64,000 bases of DNA from Dehalococcoidia bacterium (GTDB lineage: Bacteria; Chloroflexota; Dehalococcoidia; Lucifugimonadales; UBA3495). The notes under the pieces were generated by a model that did no database searches, was not told the origin of the DNA, and saw nothing but the letters and a program-made list of their open reading frames with translations. Below, one piece after another: positions 59,170 to 64,000 of this stretch (position 1 is its first letter; each line of letters opens with the position of its first letter). Location: assembly GCA_965220625.1 (NCBI GenBank), contig CBDCQN010000003.1:1402764-1466763 (forward strand), read 5' to 3'. Both the position numbers and the translations under genes were made by a program.

Positions 59170-61377
59170 ATGACCAACGGGGCGGACGTACTGGAGGGGT
59201 TGAATCCGGCTCAGAGAGAGGCCGTCGAGACCGTCGACGGCCCTTTGCTTATTGTCGCCGGACCGGGCAGCGGCAAGACCCGCGTTATCACCCACCGCAT
59301 CGCCTACCTCGTGCGGGTCTGCGGGGTGAGCCCACACAGCATCCTCGCCATGACTTTCACAAACAAAGCCGCCAGGGAGATGCGCGACCGCCTGGAGCGT
59401 TTGGTCGGCCAGCGGAGCAGCGGACTGACCGTCGGCACGTTCCATGCTTTCTGCGCCCTGCTGTTGCGGCGGGACGGCCACCATCTGGGCCTGCCCCACA
59501 ACTACTCGATTTACGACGCGGACGACCAGACCGCAGCCATCAAGCAGGCCATGGAGTTGGCGGAGCTGGACCCCAAGTCCTATCCCATCAACGTGGTCCG
59601 CGGGGTCATCTCCCGCGCCAAGAGCATCCTGCGGGACTCTTACGCCTTGGCCCGCAACGCCGACGACTACTTCGAGGAAAGCTGTGCCCGGGTATACCGG
59701 CACTACGAGGAAATCCTGACCCGCAACAATGCCGTCGATTTCGACGACCTCCTGCTGAAGTCGGTCCAACTATTGCAAGGCTTCCCGGAGGTGCTGAAAC
59801 GATACCAGGACCGCTACACCTATGTCCTGGTGGACGAGTTCCAAGACACCAATGTCGCCCAGTACCAGCTGGCCCGGCTGCTGGCGGAAGGTCAGCGCAA
59901 CATCTGCGTCGTGGGCGACCCGGACCAGTCCATCTACTCTTGGCGCAGCGCAGATATACGCAATATTCTTAGCTTCCAGCAAGATTACCCCAACGCCAAG
60001 ACCATCTCCTTGGAGCAGAACTACCGGTCCACCTCCACCATCCTGAACGCGGCCAAGAATTTGATCGCGGCCAACGGCCAGCGGATTCGGAAGGACCTTT
60101 TCACCGACAACGTCAAGGGCGAGCCCGTATCCATCCACGAGGCCTACGACGACAATGAAGAGGCCGCGTACGTGGTTTCCCAGATCAACCGGCTGGTACG
60201 GGAAGAGGGGTTTAGCTTGGGCGAGTGTGCGGTAATGTACCGGGTTAACGCCCAATCGAGGGCCTTGGAAGAGGCCTGCTTGCACCAAGGGATGAAATAC
60301 CGTTTGGTCGGGGGAGTCCGGTTCTATCAGCGCCGGGAGATCAAGGACCTGACCTCCTACCTTCGGCTGGTCTTCAACCCCCAGGACGACGTCAACCTGG
60401 CCCGGGTCATCAATGTCCCGCCCCGCGGGATCGGCGCGAAATCGATGCGGGAACTGGGCGCTTGGGCTGGGGGGGAAGGCATCTCCTTGTTTCAAGCGCT
60501 GACCCGGGTGGGCGCGGCCCGCAACGAAGGGCAGGCCTGTCCCATACAAGTGACCCCGAGGGCCGCCGCCGCCATGGCGGATTTCGCCGACCGGATCAAT
60601 CGCTTGGTACGTCTCAGCCAGGAGGCTCCAGTGGTGAGACTGGTGGACCTTGTGTTGGAGGAGACCGGCTTCAAGAAATTCATCCAGGACAGCGACGACC
60701 GACCCGAGGAACGGTGGCAAAACATCCTGGAGTTCCGGGACACCGCCCAGGAATTCAACGCCGAACCGCCGCCCGGCGGCTTGGCCACCCTTTTGGAGCG
60801 GACCGCCCTGGTGGCCGACGTCGATCGCTACGAGGACGCCAACGACTCGATAACCCTCATCACCCTGCACCAAGCCAAGGGACTGGAGTTCCCGGTGGTG
60901 TTCATGGTGGGTTTGGAAGAAGGCCTGCTGCCCCACAGCCGGTCGATGGACAACGAGGACCAGTTGGAGGAAGAACGCCGGCTCTGCTACGTGGGAATGA
61001 CCAGGGCCGAAAAGCGACTGTACCTGCTGCGCGCGTTCCGTCGCGGATTCCAGGGCGGCAGGCAGTCAGGGGCCGCTTCGCGCTTCCTTCGTGACATACC
61101 GGCGGAACTGGTGGCGTCGGGACGGCTTCCCGACGCACCGGCGCCCCGCCGTTCGGCATGGGCCGATTGGCAGACCGTGGCCGCCGCTGCCGTCCCTCTC
61201 AAGAGACCTGCTCTCACGGTCGGCGACGGAGTCCGCCACTCCACCTTCGGAGAGGGGGTAGTCATGGCCGTCGACGCCTCGGTTGCCGACACCGAGGTCA
61301 CGGTGGAATTCGCCGGCGGCGTCGGAGTCAAGCGCCTGCTCCTCAGCTTCGCTCCGCTAGAGAGACTCGTCGAATAG
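59170..61377 (+). CDS. pcrA: UvrD/PcrA superfamily 1 DNA helicase
   Basis: AGPGSGKT, VDEFQDTN, GDPDQSIY, LEQNYRS, TLHQAKGLEF, EERRLCYVG. Confidence 0.95.
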   Translation: MTNGADVLEGLNPAQREAVETVDGPLLIVAGPGSGKTRVITHRIAYLVRVCGVSPHSILAMTFTNKAAREMRDRLERLVGQRSSGLTVGTFHAFCALLLRRDGHHLGLPHNYSIYDADDQTAAIKQAMELAELDPKSYPINVVRGVISRAKSILRDSYALARNADDYFEESCARVYRHYEEILTRNNAVDFDDLLLKSVQLLQGFPEVLKRYQDRYTYVLVDEFQDTNVAQYQLARLLAEGQRNICVVGDPDQSIYSWRSADIRNILSFQQDYPNAKTISLEQNYRSTSTILNAAKNLIAANGQRIRKDLFTDNVKGEPVSIHEAYDDNEEAAYVVSQINRLVREEGFSLGECAVMYRVNAQSRALEEACLHQGMKYRLVGGVRFYQRREIKDLTSYLRLVFNPQDDVNLARVINVPPRGIGAKSMRELGAWAGGEGISLFQALTRVGAARNEGQACPIQVTPRAAAAMADFADRINRLVRLSQEAPVVRLVDLVLEETGFKKFIQDSDDRPEERWQNILEFRDTAQEFNAEPPPGGLATLLERTALVADVDRYEDANDSITLITLHQAKGLEFPVVFMVGLEEGLLPHSRSMDNEDQLEEERRLCYVGMTRAEKRLYLLRAFRRGFQGGRQSGAASRFLRDIPAELVASGRLPDAPAPRRSAWADWQTVAAAAVPLKRPALTVGDGVRHSTFGEGVVMAVDASVADTEVTVEFAGGVGVKRLLLSFAPLERLVE

Positions 61378-61395
61378 GCAGGAGATTTTCCCGAA

Positions 61396-62214
61396 TTGAA
61401 TATCCGGCATATGCGAGAGTCCATTCACCGGACCGTATACGCGCCTGCATTCGAATTCACGGTCATCGCCATTATCGTAGGTAACGGCATACTGCTGGGT
61501 CTGGAGACTTCGCCCGCTTTATCCGACCGGTACGGGGAATGGTTCCACCTCATTCACCAAGCGACGCTCGGCGTGTTCATCGTCGAGGCCGTCCTTAAGA
61601 TGCTGGCCGTCTCCCCGCGGGTCGATCGGTATTTCCGCGATGGGTGGAACGTCTTCGACTTCTCGATAATCGTTTTTTCACTGGTCCCGGCAACGGGCGG
61701 CTTTGCCGTAATTGCCCGGATGGCCCGCTTGCTGCGGCTTCTCCGGCTGATTTCCACTGTCAGGGAACTGCGCTTGATCGTCTCCACACTGGTGCGGTCC
61801 ATACCCAGCATGGTGCATATCGTGGTCCTGATGGGCATCATGGTCTACATCTACGCAATCATCGGGTACCAACTCTTTCACGAACACGACCCGGCACACT
61901 GGCGTAACCTCGGAATCTCCGTGCTGTCGCTGTTTCAAGTGGTGACATTAGAGGGTTGGGTCGAAATCATGGACAAGGCCATGGAGCTTCATCCGCTGGC
62001 CTGGATTTATTTCGTCAGTTTCGTGGTGCTTGGTACGTTCGTAGTCGTCAACCTCTTCATTGCGGTGGTGATCAACAACCTCGACGAGGCCAAGCAGGAA
62101 CGCATCCGCTCGTTGGACCAACCGGAATCGCGGGAGGAAATCCTCCGCGAGCTCCGTTCGACCCAAAGGGCGCTGCGACGGTTGGAAGAACAGCTTGATC
62201 CCCCACCCGACTAG
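61396..62214 (+). CDS. Bacterial voltage-gated (BacNav-like) ion channel
   Basis: WNVFDF, S4 segment RMARLLRLLRL, filter TLEGW, NLFIAVV, C-terminal coiled coil. Confidence 0.92.
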   Translation: MNIRHMRESIHRTVYAPAFEFTVIAIIVGNGILLGLETSPALSDRYGEWFHLIHQATLGVFIVEAVLKMLAVSPRVDRYFRDGWNVFDFSIIVFSLVPATGGFAVIARMARLLRLLRLISTVRELRLIVSTLVRSIPSMVHIVVLMGIMVYIYAIIGYQLFHEHDPAHWRNLGISVLSLFQVVTLEGWVEIMDKAMELHPLAWIYFVSFVVLGTFVVVNLFIAVVINNLDEAKQERIRSLDQPESREEILRELRSTQRALRRLEEQLDPPPD

Positions 62215-62281
62215 ACGCCTGCTTCAATACGGACCGATAGAGACGAACCGATAGAGACGAACCAATCGGGGTCACCGGTAG

Positions 62282-63121
62282 TCAGCGCCCCTCCCGGCAG
62301 GCAGTCTTGCTGTCCGCTACCTCGATGATCCTCCGCTCTACCACCGTCTGCAACTGGCTTCCTTCCGTGTAGTTCGCCGGCACCACCTGGTGCACCCGGC
62401 CGTCGCGGCGGAACTGTTCGGCCTTGGCGGAAGCGTCTGGCGTGGCGGGGTCGAAGACGGCGATTGACAAGCCGCCCTGGTCTGTCACGACCCGGAAACA
62501 GGGCACGTCGGTCGAGCCGTCGCCAATGTAGACCATGTTCTCGAAGGGTATGGGCCGCTCGTGTCCGGGAACGACCGCGTTGATTCTCGTGTTGTCGCTC
62601 AGGTCGTGGGCGCCTTTGTTGATGCGGAACAGGTACTGGGTCTTGTTGGTGTAGTTGATGGCCAAGGCCGGCCAATTGGCGACGCCGTTCTCGTCGAACA
62701 TGAACTTCGACGCGTAGATTGCTTTGAACGCCCCGGCAATGGGCGAGCCCTCGATAATCTCGGCGTTGCCCGAGGACACCAGGTAGTGTTCGACAGCCAC
62801 GCCCGTTCGCCGCCCATACTCGCTAACGCGGTCGAACCATCCCGTGACTCCGGGGAAAAGCCTGATGCCTTCTCCCCGCTTGCGGAAATCGCCCCGGCGG
62901 ACGGGCACACCGGCGGCCCGGGCCTTCTGCAACATGAGGTACATATACATCAATATACCGTCGGCTTGGTGGCGCCTGGACAACTGGTTTACTTCCCGCC
63001 AAAACTCCGGCGGTTCCATCCCGATGTCCGGGATAAACTGGTGTTCCTGCATGTTGCCAGGCGCGAGGGTGCCATCGAAGTCGTAAACGATGGCCATGGT
63101 TGCCTGTCGCCGTTGCATCAT
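62282..63121 (-). CDS. HAD-like hydrolase
   Basis: YDFDGTL, YLVSSG, KTQYLFRINKG, YIGDGSTDVP. Confidence 0.88.
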   Translation of the reverse strand: MMQRRQATMAIVYDFDGTLAPGNMQEHQFIPDIGMEPPEFWREVNQLSRRHQADGILMYMYLMLQKARAAGVPVRRGDFRKRGEGIRLFPGVTGWFDRVSEYGRRTGVAVEHYLVSSGNAEIIEGSPIAGAFKAIYASKFMFDENGVANWPALAINYTNKTQYLFRINKGAHDLSDNTRINAVVPGHERPIPFENMVYIGDGSTDVPCFRVVTDQGGLSIAVFDPATPDASAKAEQFRRDGRVHQVVPANYTEGSQLQTVVERRIIEVADSKTACREGR

Positions 63122-63133
63122 ACGGTCCTTTTT

Positions 63134-63200
63134 CACCGCGGAGGGCACGGAGGTCCCAGAGGATAGCCGTGAATCCCTGCGCTCTCTGTGCTCCCCGTGG
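63134..63200. repeat. REP-like inverted repeat (related half-unit at 58602-58619)
   Basis: CCGCGGAGGGCACGGAG ... CTCTGTGCTCCCCGTGG. Confidence 0.55.
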
Positions 63201-63247
63201 CGAATGATGTATTATAGGCCACGATTTACCGGTATAGGAGACGACTC

Positions 63248-64000
63248 GTGAAAGCCGCTGTCCTCTATGAAACAAAACAACCTCTGGTGCTGGAAGACGT
63301 GGAGCTCGACGATCCCAAGGAGGGAGAGGTCTTGGTCAAGATCGGCGCCGCCGGCATATGCCGCAGCGACCGCCATTTCATGCACGGCGACGCACCCATC
63401 GCACTGCCTGTGGTGCTTGGGCACGAAGGCGCCGGAACCGTCGAGAGGGTGGGTCCCGGCGTCACGACGGTGCGGCCGGGCGAGCAGGTGATCCTCTCCT
63501 TCGTACCCGCCTGCGGCCGTTGCCATTCCTGCCTGGAGGGCAACTCCCAAGTCTGCGACACCCACATGGCTACGGGGCCCAATATGCTGGACGGCACCTG
63601 CCGCCTGCACATAGGCGACCAGTACATCCATCATATGGGCAAGGTCGCCTGCTTCGCCGAATACGCCGTGGTCCCCGAAATGGGCTGCGTATCCGTAGAA
63701 TGGCCTATTCCCATGGACAAGGCCGCCCTCATCGGTTGTTGCGTGCCCACAGGTGTCGGCGCCGTGGTGAACAGCGCCCGGGTCCGCCCCGGCAGCAGCG
63801 TGGCAGTCGTCGGCTGCGGCGGGGTCGGCCTCAACGTTATCATGGGCGCCGCTTTGGCCAACGCCAGCAAGATCATTGCCGTAGACCTGAGAGAGAGCCA
63901 GTTGGAATTCGCCATGAAGTTCGGCGCGACCCACATGGTGAACGCCTCCGACCGCGACCCGGTGGAGCAGGTGAGGGAGATCACCGGAGGCCGCGGCGCG
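63248..64000 (+). CDS. Zn-dependent alcohol dehydrogenase (3' end outside window)
   Basis: GTG 63248: MKAAVLYE...GICRSD...LGHEGAG...CGRCHSC...C; GCGGVG. Confidence 0.93.
   Translation, partial: MKAAVLYETKQPLVLEDVELDDPKEGEVLVKIGAAGICRSDRHFMHGDAPIALPVVLGHEGAGTVERVGPGVTTVRPGEQVILSFVPACGRCHSCLEGNSQVCDTHMATGPNMLDGTCRLHIGDQYIHHMGKVACFAEYAVVPEMGCVSVEWPIPMDKAALIGCCVPTGVGAVVNSARVRPGSSVAVVGCGGVGLNVIMGAALANASKIIAVDLRESQLEFAMKFGATHMVNASDRDPVEQVREITGGRGA

Noticed and set aside
62233-62263. 14-bp tandem repeat ACCGATAGAGACGA x2
   Set aside because: Real, but only two units between convergent genes; most likely a local slippage duplication.

Overview
High-GC bacterial window. The gene content (TRAP transporter with a Pro/Ala/Thr linker, DUF2339/DUF3999, TPR proteins, a cadherin/FN3-rich giant surface protein) is consistent with Dehalococcoidia/SAR202-like Chloroflexota, possibly host-associated; this is inference, not a database result. 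Layout: (1) 1-6 kb holds yqeK, HIT and acyl-CoA dehydrogenase, followed by IS5, IS1182 and toxin-antitoxin debris. (2) 6.1-17.5 kb is a co-oriented minus-strand three-gene cell-surface module: a lipoprotein serpin, a ~2,900-aa S8/S53-like protease-adhesin ending in a dockerin/EF-hand-like tag, and a membrane-anchored Pro/Thr-stalk protein with a possible cohesin-like domain (frameshifted). This is the best candidate for an undescribed system. (3) 17.6-29.2 kb is a decayed accessory island: modular MITEs, IS21/IS630 relics and nuclease/helicase fragments, with an intact VapBC pair and an intact 518-aa orphan. (4) 29-46 kb holds a TRAP transporter, TPR genes, three damaged hydrolase genes, a 534-bp duplication with reciprocal truncations, and a DUF2339-DUF3999-MBL-acyl-CoA synthetase/ACP/acyltransferase operon. 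(5) 46-64 kb is mostly intact: argJ-argB-argD-argG with a coupled MNT-HEPN fusion and an aminotransferase, DUF1015, a class V aminotransferase, PcrA, a voltage-gated channel, a HAD hydrolase and an alcohol dehydrogenase. I found no rRNA, tRNA or CRISPR array. Family assignments come from motif recognition by eye.
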